This document shows positions 26,770 through 36,001 of a DNA stretch of 63,509 nt, one piece after another. The first letter of the stretch is position 1. Each line of letters opens with the position of its first letter. The DNA comes from Candidatus Eiseniibacteriota bacterium (GTDB taxonomy: Bacteria; Eisenbacteria; RBG-16-71-46). Location: positions 1 to 63,509 of the forward strand of contig CAVSAC010000016.1 of NCBI GenBank assembly GCA_963725865.1, read 5' to 3'. The position numbers and the translations under genes were made by a program. The notes beneath the pieces were generated by a model. The model ran no database searches. It was given only the letters and a program-made list of their open reading frames with translations, and had not been told where the DNA came from.

Positions 26770-28356
26770 GTGCCCACCCCCCACGATGCGCTCGTCACCC
26801 AGCTCGTCCTCGCGCTGCGCGGCGTGCTCGCGCGCCTGTCCGAGCCCGAGGCGGTGCTCGCCACCATCCTGCAGCAGGCGGTGGCCATCACCGGCGCCAC
26901 CCGCGGCGTGTTCGTCGAGGTGAGCCCGCGCGGCGAGCTGGTGTTCGACGTGCTGCACAGCTATCGCGCCGACGCGCTGCGCGACACCGGTCACTATAGC
27001 CGCGCGGTGTTCGCGACCTGCCTGCGCACCGGCGAGGACCTGGTGCTGGCCAACGCGGTCGCCGACCTGCCGGTGGACGAGACCAAGTCGGTGATCCTCT
27101 ACCGGATGGCGGCGGTGCTGTGCATGCCGATCCGCGTCGGCGATCGCATCGCCGCGCTGCTCCATCTCGAGAGCGGCCAGGTGGGCTACTTCGACGACTC
27201 CCACCGCCAGCTGCTGCGCCCCCTGCTCGACCTCGCCACCCCGGTGCTCGAGGCGCTGGCGGCCGGGCGCGCCGTGCTGCTCGACCGTGACCGCCTCGCC
27301 GAAGCGGAGCAGCGCCTGCGCGCCGAGACCGCGGAGAGCCGGCACCAGCTGGCGCTCGACTGGTCGTTCGGCCGCTTCGTCGGCCGCGACCCGGTGGTGC
27401 GCGAGCTCGAGACCCGGCTGCGGCGCGCCGCGACCGCACCCTTCCCGGTGTTGCTGATCGGCGAGACCGGCACCGGCAAGAGCATCCTCGCGCGCGTCCT
27501 GCACTCCTCCAGTCCGCGCGCCGGCCAGGCGTTCGTGACGGTGTTCTGCCCGTCGCTCGAGAAGTCGATGGTCGAGGCCGAGCTGTTCGGCCACCGCCGC
27601 GGCGCGTTCACCGGCGCCTCCGCCGACCGGGTCGGCAAGGTGCAGACCGCCGAGGGCGGCACGCTGTTCCTGGACGAGGTCGGCGACCTGCCGCTGGAGA
27701 TCCAGCCCAAGCTGCTGCGCCTGCTCCAGGAGCGCACCTACGAACGGCTCGGCGACGCCACCGAGCGGCGCGCGGACGTGCGCGTGGTGGCGGCCACCAA
27801 CCGCGACCTCGAGCAGGAGGTGCGCGAGGGCCGCTTCCGGCGCGATCTCTTCGAGCGCCTCGACTACCTGCCGGTCCCGGTGCCCCCGTTGCGCGACCAT
27901 CGCGACGACATCCCGGCGATCCTGCGCCACTGCCTCGACCAGACCGACGCCGGTCGCTGGGTCGAGATCGACGACGAGGCCGCGCGCTACCTGCGCGAGC
28001 TCGACCACGCCTGGCCGGGCAACGTGCGCGATCTCGAGCAGCTCGCGGCCCGCATCACCGTCGAGTCGCCGGAGCGCCCGGTCTCGTGCGCGGATCTGCG
28101 CCGCCTGCTCGACGTGCGGCCGGCGCCGGAGCGGGTGGAGGCGCCCGCCCCGGGGCCGGCGCCCGGGCGCGCGCCGCAGGTGCCGCCCGATCCCGGGGTC
28201 GGCCTGCCGCAGCTGCTGGCGGATACCGAGCGGGCGTGGCTCGAGACCGCCCTGAAGCGGCATCCCCACAGCACCCGCGCCGAGCTCGCCGAGATGCTCA
28301 AGATCAGCGAATCGGCGCTGTTCAAGAAGCTGCGCCGGTACGGCCTCGGCGGCTGA
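26770..28356 (+). CDS. Sigma-54-dependent enhancer-binding protein (GAF, AAA+, HTH)
   Basis: [45 protein letters not shown]-terminal HTH. Confidence 0.92.
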   Translation: MPTPHDALVTQLVLALRGVLARLSEPEAVLATILQQAVAITGATRGVFVEVSPRGELVFDVLHSYRADALRDTGHYSRAVFATCLRTGEDLVLANAVADLPVDETKSVILYRMAAVLCMPIRVGDRIAALLHLESGQVGYFDDSHRQLLRPLLDLATPVLEALAAGRAVLLDRDRLAEAEQRLRAETAESRHQLALDWSFGRFVGRDPVVRELETRLRRAATAPFPVLLIGETGTGKSILARVLHSSSPRAGQAFVTVFCPSLEKSMVEAELFGHRRGAFTGASADRVGKVQTAEGGTLFLDEVGDLPLEIQPKLLRLLQERTYERLGDATERRADVRVVAATNRDLEQEVREGRFRRDLFERLDYLPVPVPPLRDHRDDIPAILRHCLDQTDAGRWVEIDDEAARYLRELDHAWPGNVRDLEQLAARITVESPERPVSCADLRRLLDVRPAPERVEAPAPGPAPGRAPQVPPDPGVGLPQLLADTERAWLETALKRHPHSTRAELAEMLKISESALFKKLRRYGLGG

Positions 28357-28449
28357 GGCCGCGCGCGGAGGGCTCCAGCGCAGCGGCCACTCCCCGGGCG
28401 GGGAGTGGCCGCATGCGCCCGGCCCTGCGGGCGGCCTGCCCGGCCGCGA

Positions 28450-29184
28450 TCAGCGCGGCCGGTATTCGGCGAGCACCGGAGCCACGTCGGCGCGCTCGTC
28501 GATCGGCGCCGGGAGCGCCCACGCCCACCGTGCCATCAGGCTGAAGAGCGCGTGGCTGAGCCGGTGTCCGTCCTCACTCAGCTCGGACTCGGGATTGCGG
28601 ACCGTGATCACGTCCGGCTCGAAGGCGAAGCTGCGCTCGACGCTGCCCGCCGGCGTGCCGTGGCCTGCCATCCCCGAGATGCTCCACAGCCGCGCGCCGT
28701 CCGCGCCGGTGAGCACCGCGCTCATCGCGACCAGCGCCCGTCCCCCGTCCACCACCTCCCAGCGATCGATGCGCACGCTCAGCACCGCGTCCACGCCCAG
28801 CAGCCGGGTGAGCCGGCCCGCCAGTTCGGACGCCACGCTGCCATCGCGCCAGATCTGAGCCGCCACCAGGCGGGCGATGTTGCCCGGCTCCGCCCCCGAC
28901 TCCTGGAAGTGGGTGCGCACCTCGTCGGCGGACGTCCACCGGGTCGCCGACTCGCGGTAGAGCCCGAACCAGCCGGCCTCCACCAGGCGCTCGGCGATGG
29001 TGTCGGACGCCATCGCCACCACGGGAAGGATCGCGACCGTCGCCGGTCGGACCTGGTCGAGTCGGGCATCCCGGTAGACCTCGTCCCGCGCGTTCGAGCG
29101 AGCGGCGGCCACGCTCGACCCGACCGTGAGAGCGACGAGGGCGCAGACCCCGAGGGTCGTCATCCTGCTCATCGTCGCGTTCAT
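28450..29184 (-). CDS. Hypothetical exported protein
   Basis: AGGAGG RBS, signal peptide, VAILP...LGVDAVL pattern suggesting an alpha/beta fold. Confidence 0.65.
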   Translation of the reverse strand: MNATMSRMTTLGVCALVALTVGSSVAAARSNARDEVYRDARLDQVRPATVAILPVVAMASDTIAERLVEAGWFGLYRESATRWTSADEVRTHFQESGAEPGNIARLVAAQIWRDGSVASELAGRLTRLLGVDAVLSVRIDRWEVVDGGRALVAMSAVLTGADGARLWSISGMAGHGTPAGSVERSFAFEPDVITVRNPESELSEDGHRLSHALFSLMARWAWALPAPIDERADVAPVLAEYRPR

Positions 29185-29234
29185 GGCTTCCTCCTGGTGA
29201 GGGGTGCTGTCCAGTGGTCCTGGACACCGGACAT

Positions 29235-29250
29235 TGCAGGCCGCGTGCCG
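29235..29250 (-). promoter_or_regulatory. Sigma-54 (-24/-12) promoter for the gene at 28450-29184
   Basis: Minus strand CGGCACG-CGGC-CTGCA with exact GG-N10-GC spacing, ~50 nt before the ATG. Confidence 0.65.
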
Positions 29251-29403
29251 CTCCGAGGAGGCTCACGACGCGCGCGCCCGCGCTCCGCCATGCGCCTGGA
29301 CGCGAACGGATTGCGGTGCGGTCCGGTGGGAACGCGCCGGCGCGGGGCGCGGGGCGGGGAGGGCCTCGTCGGTACGCTCGTGCAGCCCCCCGTCACGAGC
29401 GGG

Positions 29404-29437
29404 CAGTCCGGGCTGTACCGGGCGACAGTCCGCGCTG
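29404..29437. promoter_or_regulatory. Candidate upstream activator sites (two pseudo-palindromes 22 bp apart)
   Basis: CAGTCCGGGCTG (29404-29415) and CAGTCCGCGCTG (29426-29437), ~155-190 bp upstream of the sigma-54 site. Confidence 0.35.
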
Positions 29438-29479
29438 CGGCGCGGCGGATCCGGGACCCGCCGCGCCGGAGCCCCGCGC

Positions 29480-31108
29480 TCACTCGGGCGGCGCGAACCC
29501 CCGGGCCCGCAGGTGCTCGGCGACCGCCTCGCTCGCCAGCCGCTCGGGCGGCTCGCCCCAGTGGTTGAACGAGGGCTCGCGCGCGGCGCCGGCCTCGAGC
29601 AACTGGTCGATCACCGCGACGTAGTCGTCGTCCGCCTCGCGACAGTTGGCCGAGCCGTGAGCCGCCCAGGCGATCGGCGAGCTGCCGTACTGGCGATCGC
29701 GCACGTCCAGCGGCGCACCGGCGGCCAGCAGCTCGCGCACCGTCTCGACGTGCCCGCGCCAGGCCGCATGGTGCAGCGCCGTACCCGCCCACCCGCCCTC
29801 GCGCGCCACGTCGAAGCCGAGCGCGGCGAGTGCGCGCACCGCCGCGGCTCTCCCGTCCGCCGCGACGTGCACCAGCGCGTCCCGCTCCACCGGCGGAAGC
29901 GACTCGAGCAGCCCGGGGTGCGCGTCGCGCACCCGGCGCGCCGCGGCCGCGTCACCGACCGCGCAGGCGCTGAGCAGCGCGTCGACCGGACGCAGCGGTT
30001 CCACCGCGGCGCCGCGCGCGCGCAGCACGTCGGCGACCACGCGGTTGCCGGCGCGCATCGCCAGCTCGTAGGGCGTGCGCCCGTCGGCGCGCGGCCGCGC
30101 GGGATCGGCGCCGTGCGCGAGCAGCATCTCGGCCACTTCGGCGCTGCGGCCGAACTCCGCGATGCGGTGCAGCGGGACCTCGCGGCTCGAGTAGCTCGGC
30201 ACGTTGGGATCCGCACCGTGCTCGAGCAGCCAGCGCATGCCCGCGGTCGCGGCCGGCGTCCGGTGGTGGAACTCGCGATAGCCGGAGAGGAAGTACAGCA
30301 CCGTGTTGGTCCAATGCGGATGCTCGCCCGAGAGATCCGCCCCGTGCGCGAGCAGCAGCTCGAGCACCTCGCGGTGATCGCGTTCGGCGGCGTGATACAC
30401 CGACTCGCCGTCGTTCGGATCGGCCCCGTTCTCGAGCAGCAGCTTCACGAGCCCCGCGTTGCCCAGCGCGCTGGCGCGGTAGAGCACCGGGAGCTTCTCG
30501 CCCATCTCGCCCGGCCCCGGCGGCGTGAACGTGTTCGCATCGGCCCCGAGCGCGAGCAGCCGCGCGCCGATCGCCACGCTGGCTGCGACGTGCGCGGCGT
30601 CGAGCACGGTCAGCGGCGAGGCGCTGAGGCACTCGAGCGGCGTCCACGCCTGCGCGCCCGGGAACGGCGCGCTCGCCAGCGCCGGGTCGCGGGCGAGCCA
30701 CGCCTCGACCGCGGCGACATCGCAAGCCGCGCACGCCGCGTGCAGGCTGGTGCGCGCCACCTCGGGGAAGCCCTCGAGCACGCGGCGCATGGTCGCGCCG
30801 TCGCCCTCCGGCAGCGCCCTCAGGAAGCGCGCGACCTGGGCGAGGAATGGCTCGCGCGCCTGCAGGTGGTGCTTGAGCGCGGCCCAGCTCTCCTGCCGCG
30901 CCTCGCGCGCGAGCGCGTGCTGCACGTCGGCGAGGCGCACGCTGGCCGCGGCGGTGGCGGTGTCCAGCGCGGCGAGGCGTGGCAGCTGCGCCTGCACGCG
31001 CGCGAGGGCGGTGGCGTCGCCGGAGCGGCTGGCGCGCAGGAGCCGCTTCGCGAGCTCGCGGATGCGTTCGAACGTGGGAGCCGACGGCTCCCGGTCGGGA
31101 CCGGACAT
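29480..31108 (-). CDS. Ankyrin repeat protein with an N-terminal helical domain
   Basis: N-terminus ERIRELAKRLL..GDATAL..LADVQHALARE..SWAALK; repeats LLENGADPN, LLAHGAD, LLEHGADPN, GTALHHAAWRGHVETVRELLAAGA. Confidence 0.9.
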   Translation of the reverse strand: MSGPDREPSAPTFERIRELAKRLLRASRSGDATALARVQAQLPRLAALDTATAAASVRLADVQHALAREARQESWAALKHHLQAREPFLAQVARFLRALPEGDGATMRRVLEGFPEVARTSLHAACAACDVAAVEAWLARDPALASAPFPGAQAWTPLECLSASPLTVLDAAHVAASVAIGARLLALGADANTFTPPGPGEMGEKLPVLYRASALGNAGLVKLLLENGADPNDGESVYHAAERDHREVLELLLAHGADLSGEHPHWTNTVLYFLSGYREFHHRTPAATAGMRWLLEHGADPNVPSYSSREVPLHRIAEFGRSAEVAEMLLAHGADPARPRADGRTPYELAMRAGNRVVADVLRARGAAVEPLRPVDALLSACAVGDAAAARRVRDAHPGLLESLPPVERDALVHVAADGRAAAVRALAALGFDVAREGGWAGTALHHAAWRGHVETVRELLAAGAPLDVRDRQYGSSPIAWAAHGSANCREADDDYVAVIDQLLEAGAAREPSFNHWGEPPERLASEAVAEHLRARGFAPPE

Positions 31109-31225
31109 GCTACGACCCTCCATCTCGCCCGTGTCCGCACGGTTGGGCCGAAGGCTCGTAGATGTCGGAGATGAGGCGGTTCAGGTGGGAGCGTCCCTTT
31201 CCGCGGACCGGATGCGCCCTGTGCG
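31109..31225 (-). ncRNA. Candidate cis-regulatory structured 5' leader of the ankyrin gene
   Basis: ~120-nt UTR after TTGCAC-N18-CATGCT; crossing helices GUCCGC/GCGGAC and CUCAUCUC/GAGAUGGAG, the second covering most of the SD. Confidence 0.35.
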
Positions 31226-31319
31226 CACGGCCAGCATGCCGCACGCCCGGTCCGCGGTGCAACGGTCGATTGGGCGCGGCCGGCGCGGCCGGCCGCGCCG
31301 GGCACCCGGGCCATCCGAC

Positions 31320-34313
31320 TCAGTGCCAGTCCCCGGCCGCCACGAAGGCCGCCCAGTAGTAGGGGTGGTCGCTCTCCCCGGCGCCGCGGCGGGCGCGCAG
31401 CACCGCGCGCTGCGCATCCCGCACCGCCTCGGCGGCGCCGCGCCGGTGTGCGAACCGAGCCGCGTACAGCGCGTCCATCCAGCGCTCGGTGGCATCGTCG
31501 GGCACCGCCCAGAGGCTCGAGATCAGCGTGTGCACGCCCGCGATCGCGAATCCGCGCCGCAGTCCGAGCACGCCCTCACCCTCCTGGATCTCGCCCGCGC
31601 CGCTCTCACAGCTCGAGAGCACCGCCCATTCGACACCCTGCAGATCGAGCGTCGAGACCTCGGCGGCGGTGAGGATGCCGTCGTCGGCGCCGGTCACGAG
31701 GCGGTCGCGGACATTCGCGCCCGCGAGCGCCACGCCGGCGCGCAGCAGCGGGTCCTCGAGCGCGAGCGAGTCGAGCCGGTCGCGGCCGGAGCACACGGCG
31801 TCGAGCAGGAACCCGTGCGTGGCGAGGTGCAGCACCCGGCGCCCGGGCGCCAGCGCGCGCACCTCGCTCTCGTTCGCCCCGCGATCGAGCAACATGCGCA
31901 CGTCGCGGTCGGCACACGAGCCGATCCAGCGGCGCCTCACGTCCTCGGCCTCGCGGCGCGCGCCCGGCAGCGGCGCGAAGCGCAGCGAGCGGAACGCCGC
32001 GCACGCCGACTGCGCCCCGCGCTCACCCGTGCCCGCGCCGGATGCCCCGCCCGCAACCGGATGCGGCGCCCGGTCGAAGTCGGGCGCGCCCACCACGAGC
32101 AGTCCGCGCCCCGGCGGATCCGGGGGATCGCGGGCGACCGCGTCGCGCTCCGCCCCCAGCAGATGGATCGGGGGCCCGTGCTCGACCTCGTAGCCGCCGC
32201 CCGGTGACGGCAGCGCCGCGAAGGGCATGCGCTGCAGCAGACCGTCCGGCACCACCAGGATCCGCGCCGCCCCCGCGCAGGCCGCGCGCAGCGGGTCCCA
32301 CAGCCGGACCCGGACCCGCTCGCCCGCGGCCCGGCAACGCCGCTCCGCGCGCGTCCGTCCGAGTGGGGTGGGACGCGTGGCGAGCGCCGCGAGCCAATCC
32401 CCCAGCGGCGGCTCGACCGTCGCGGCGGCGCCGAGCGCGACGGCACGCGGCGGGCACGCTCCGGGTCCGCGCACGAACGCCAGGTAGCGAGCCGCCCCGC
32501 GCGCGATCCCATCGCGGGGCACGTGCGCATAGCGCGCGAACGCCACCAGGGCCTCATCCGGCCCCAGCGCGGCCGCCACGGAGTCGTAGCCGGCGAGCAG
32601 GCGGCGGCTCTCGGAGCGCTCGTGCCCGCTCTGCGCGGCGAGCGCCAGCTCGAGCCGCTCCCGCGCCTCCCACAGGATCGCCATCCGCGCGCGCCGTGCG
32701 GAGTCCGCAGGCGCCTCGCCGCCGGTCGCGAGCAGACCGACGAGCTGATCGCTCACCGCCGCGAGCGAATCGGCCAAGGCGCGCGCGATGGGATCCCCGC
32801 CGCTCACCACCGCGTGATGGCGGCGCGCCATCTCGTCCAGCACCAGCGCCCGGGAGCGCACCAGCGTGTCCCATGCGCGTCCCACCACGGCGGCGTCGTC
32901 GGGGTGCTCGGCCGCCAGCGTCAGCACCAGGTCCAGCCCGGACGGCCGGGTGCGCGCGTAGCGCAGCGCCATCCGCTCCTCGAGGCCGCGCGCGGTCAGT
33001 CGCAGGTGAGCGGTCGCGATGCGCTCGGCGCGCGTGGCCTCGTCGAGCGCCGCCGCGTCGTCACCCTGCACGCGGTGCGCGCGCGCGAGGTCCGCAAGCG
33101 ACTCGGCGAGGTCGGGATGGTCGGGCCCGAGCCGGCGCTCGCGGATGGCACCCGCGCGCCGGTACGCGTCCACGGCGGCGGCGACATCGCCGGTCGCCAG
33201 TGCCAGGTCCCCGAGCCGCTCGAGGCTGTTGGCGACCTCGGGATGGTCGGACCCGTAGACCGCTGCGCGGATCGCGAGCCCCCGCAGCAGGTGCGGCCGC
33301 GCGCGCGCGGTGTCGCCGGTCGCCAGTTCGAGCGCGCCCAGGTCGTTCAGCGCGATGCCGAGGGTGGCGTGGCCGGCCCCCAGCAACGAGTCGCCGACCG
33401 TCAGGGCCTCGCGCAGATCCGCCAGCGCCGCGGTGGTGTCGCCGCCCTCCGCCTCGACCGCCGCCAGATTGGTCAGCACGAACGGTACATAGGGGTGGCG
33501 CGGCCCGTACGCGGCGCGCACCAGCACGAGGTCGCGCTGCAGCAGCGCGCGACCCGCGTCCGGGTCGCCCATGCTCGCGAGCAGGTTCGCGAGGTTGTTG
33601 AGGTTGAACACCAGCTCGCGATGCGTCGGCCCGAGCGCCCGCTCGCGGATCGCCAGCGCCTCGCGGTAGAGCGCGCGGGCCTCCGACCAGCGCCCGATCT
33701 TGCGGTCCATCACGCCGAGGCTGTTGAGCGCGTTGCCGTACTCGGCGCCGCTGCGTCCGTAGAGACTCTCGGCCACCGCGATGCTGCGCCGGTACAGCTC
33801 GCTCGCGGCCGCGAAGTCGGCGCGCTCCTCCTCGATGTTCGCGAGGTAGCGCAGCCCACGGTAGACGTCGCGGTCGCGCGGCCCCCGCGCGCGCTCGCAG
33901 GCTGCGAGTCCGGCGCGGGCCCACGTGCGGGCGGCGTCCAGCTCACCGCGGCGGTAGAGGAGCCGCGCGAGCGTGATCATGCTCGCGCCGGCCGTCGCGC
34001 TGCTGTCGCCGAGCGCGCGCTGCCAGGCGCGCACCGCCCGCTCGCCGATCACGATGGCATCGCCGCCCCAGTGGCCATCCTCGAGCAGGGCCTCGGTCAG
34101 CACGTCGAGCGCGCGGGCACGCGCGCTGTCGGCGGCGCCCTGCTGCTCGAGCGCGGCGAGCCAGCGGCGTGCGCGCGCCTCCGCGTCGGGACCGTCCACC
34201 CTGAGGCGCGCGCGCAGCGTCGCGGCGGAGTCGGCGAGCGCATCGGCGCGGGCCGGAGTCCCGTGGAGGCTCGCCGCCAGCAGGACCGCCACGGTCACCG
34301 CGACCGCTCTCAC
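31320..34313 (-). CDS. Exported TPR-CHAT (caspase-like) protease
   Basis: Signal peptide ending ARA-DA; kinesin-light-chain-type TPRs (LAIRERALGPTH); ILVVPDGLLQRMPFAAL; catalytic LHLATHG and VLSSCESG; SLWAVPD; HPYYWAAF. Confidence 0.92.
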   Translation of the reverse strand: MRAVAVTVAVLLAASLHGTPARADALADSAATLRARLRVDGPDAEARARRWLAALEQQGAADSARARALDVLTEALLEDGHWGGDAIVIGERAVRAWQRALGDSSATAGASMITLARLLYRRGELDAARTWARAGLAACERARGPRDRDVYRGLRYLANIEEERADFAAASELYRRSIAVAESLYGRSGAEYGNALNSLGVMDRKIGRWSEARALYREALAIRERALGPTHRELVFNLNNLANLLASMGDPDAGRALLQRDLVLVRAAYGPRHPYVPFVLTNLAAVEAEGGDTTAALADLREALTVGDSLLGAGHATLGIALNDLGALELATGDTARARPHLLRGLAIRAAVYGSDHPEVANSLERLGDLALATGDVAAAVDAYRRAGAIRERRLGPDHPDLAESLADLARAHRVQGDDAAALDEATRAERIATAHLRLTARGLEERMALRYARTRPSGLDLVLTLAAEHPDDAAVVGRAWDTLVRSRALVLDEMARRHHAVVSGGDPIARALADSLAAVSDQLVGLLATGGEAPADSARRARMAILWEARERLELALAAQSGHERSESRRLLAGYDSVAAALGPDEALVAFARYAHVPRDGIARGAARYLAFVRGPGACPPRAVALGAAATVEPPLGDWLAALATRPTPLGRTRAERRCRAAGERVRVRLWDPLRAACAGAARILVVPDGLLQRMPFAALPSPGGGYEVEHGPPIHLLGAERDAVARDPPDPPGRGLLVVGAPDFDRAPHPVAGGASGAGTGERGAQSACAAFRSLRFAPLPGARREAEDVRRRWIGSCADRDVRMLLDRGANESEVRALAPGRRVLHLATHGFLLDAVCSGRDRLDSLALEDPLLRAGVALAGANVRDRLVTGADDGILTAAEVSTLDLQGVEWAVLSSCESGAGEIQEGEGVLGLRRGFAIAGVHTLISSLWAVPDDATERWMDALYAARFAHRRGAAEAVRDAQRAVLRARRGAGESDHPYYWAAFVAAGDWH

Positions 34314-34864
34314 GTGTCCGCCCGCCCCAGGCGCCGGCGCAGCGACTGCATGCACTGGAACATCCGCACCCGCAGCGTGGACTCGTTGCGGTCCTCGCGA
34401 CGCGCGATCTCGGCGTAGGCCAGCCCTTCGAGGAAGTGCAGGCGGATCAGCTCGCGGCAGGCGGCCCCGAGCGACTGGACCGCCAACAGCAGGCGCGTGC
34501 GCTCGTCGCTCGCGACCGCGCGCTCCAGCGGGCCGGGCGCGGGGTCGAGCAGCGAGTCGTCGGGCTCCACCTGGGACCGCCGGCGGCGCAGCCGGTCGAT
34601 GCAGCGCGCCGATGCCACGGTGCGGATCAGCGCGCGCAGCCCGTGGGTGAGCTGGAAGTCGGGGCGCGCGACCAGCTGCCAGAGCACGGCGAGGGTGTCC
34701 TGCACCGCATCGTCGCGCTCCTCGGGGCTGAAGCCGAACCCGCGGAAGTACACCACGGTGCGCGCCCACCGCTCGACCAGGCGACAGGCGCCGGCCTCGC
34801 CGGCGGCGAAGCGTCGCGTCAGCGACCGATCATCCTCGTGGGGTGCTGGGCTCGACGGGTCCAT
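34310..34864 (-). CDS. ECF RNA polymerase sigma factor
   Basis: DDAVQDTL..LW, VASARCIDRLRR, region 4 LGAACRELIRLHFLEGLAYAEIA...STLRVRMFQC; stop overlaps the CHAT start (GTGA). Confidence 0.9.
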   Translation of the reverse strand: MDPSSPAPHEDDRSLTRRFAAGEAGACRLVERWARTVVYFRGFGFSPEERDDAVQDTLAVLWQLVARPDFQLTHGLRALIRTVASARCIDRLRRRRSQVEPDDSLLDPAPGPLERAVASDERTRLLLAVQSLGAACRELIRLHFLEGLAYAEIARREDRNESTLRVRMFQCMQSLRRRLGRADT

Positions 34865-34916
34865 GGGGTTCCCCGGTCGCGGCCGGGGCGGCGTCCGACC
34901 GGCTGCCGCGCGAGTA

Positions 34917-34944
34917 TAAACGCCCGGGGCGCTGGTGCGACGAG
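34917..34944 (+). promoter_or_regulatory. Candidate ECF-dependent promoter P1 (anti-sigma gene)
   Basis: TAAACG-N15-CGACGAG; the boxes and spacing are identical at 35930-35957. Confidence 0.6.
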
Positions 34945-35026
34945 TCGTCGGGACCCACGGGATGAGCACTGGACCGTGCCGGGGGCCGGTGCTTCACTGG
35001 CCGGCGCGACGCACCGGGGAGGACGC

Positions 35027-35932
35027 GTGGATCACGACGAGGCCTCGCAGCACATCACGGAATGGGTGGCCGGCCGCCTCGCGGAGGTCGACGCCACGGC
35101 GGTGGCGGCGCACGTGGCCGGCTGCGCGGCCTGCCGCGCGGTGGCGGAGGCGGTCCGTGGCGTGCGGGCGGCGGTGGCGGAGCACGGCGAGCACCTGTTC
35201 TCGGCGCATCCGGTGCCGGAGGCCCTCGCGCGCTTCGCGCTTGCGCCCGGGGCGCTCGCGCTCGCCGAGCTCGGTGCCCTGCGCGGCCACCTCGCCGCCT
35301 GTCCCACCTGTGCCCGCGAGCTGGCGCTGGTGCGCGCGGCGAACGCGCCCGCGCCGCTGCGCGCGCTGCGGGCGTGGGCCCCGGCGCGCGGGGCGGGTGC
35401 GGCGCTGCTGCGTCCGGCGCTCGCGGTGCTGGTGGCGCTGCTGGCGGTGCCGGCATGGCTCGGCATCGTGGTGCTGCCGCGCGAGCGGGCGCGGAGCCGT
35501 GAGGCGACGCACGCGGCGGTGCACGCTCCCGCGCCGGCGCCGCGCGCGGCGGCGCCGGCCTGGCCGGGCGGTGCGGTGGACCTGCTGGTCCTGAGCGCCC
35601 CCACGCGCGCGGCCGCGGGCGCCGCGCCGCTCGTGCGCCTGCGGCCGGGCCAGCCGGCGGTGCCGCTGCTCGTCGACCTCGCTCGGCCGCGTGCCGACTC
35701 GCTGACGCTGCGCGTGATCGACGCCGCGGGGGTGACGACCTGGAGTCTCACCGCCGCGCGGGACGAGCTCTGGGACGCCCGCCACGGCGGCCTGAGCGCC
35801 CTGCTCCCGGCCGCGGCGCTCGATCAGGGCGCCTACCGGCTCGAGATCGCGCCCGCCCGCGGAGGTGCACCGTTGCTGATCGCGCCCTTCCGGGTGGTGG
35901 CCGCCGTCGCGCGCGGCCCGCTCACCCCCTAA
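35027..35932 (+). CDS. Membrane-anchored anti-sigma factor with two zinc-binding (ZAS/zf-HC2) motifs and an extracytoplasmic domain
   Basis: GGAGGA RBS then GTG; HVAGCAAC and HLAACPTC (both HxxxCxxC); one TM helix; beta-rich C-terminal domain. Confidence 0.8.
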   Translation: MDHDEASQHITEWVAGRLAEVDATAVAAHVAGCAACRAVAEAVRGVRAAVAEHGEHLFSAHPVPEALARFALAPGALALAELGALRGHLAACPTCARELALVRAANAPAPLRALRAWAPARGAGAALLRPALAVLVALLAVPAWLGIVVLPRERARSREATHAAVHAPAPAPRAAAPAWPGGAVDLLVLSAPTRAAAGAAPLVRLRPGQPAVPLLVDLARPRADSLTLRVIDAAGVTTWSLTAARDELWDARHGGLSALLPAAALDQGAYRLEIAPARGGAPLLIAPFRVVAAVARGPLTP

Positions 35933-35957
35933 ACGTCCGCGCTCCTGCCGCGACGAG
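35930..35957 (+). promoter_or_regulatory. Candidate ECF-dependent promoter P2 (beta-propeller gene)
   Basis: TAAACG-N15-CGACGAG; its TAA is the anti-sigma stop codon; it ends 44 nt before the ATG at 36002. Confidence 0.6.
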
Positions 35958-36001
35958 CACCGGGAACACCGTTCCCTCGTTCTTGGACGCGGAGGCCCCT
36001 C

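Noticed and set aside
31320..34313. CHAT protease as part of a type III-E CRISPR (Craspase) or other anti-phage system
   Set aside because: There are no cas genes or array, and the signal peptide points to an extracytoplasmic signalling role.
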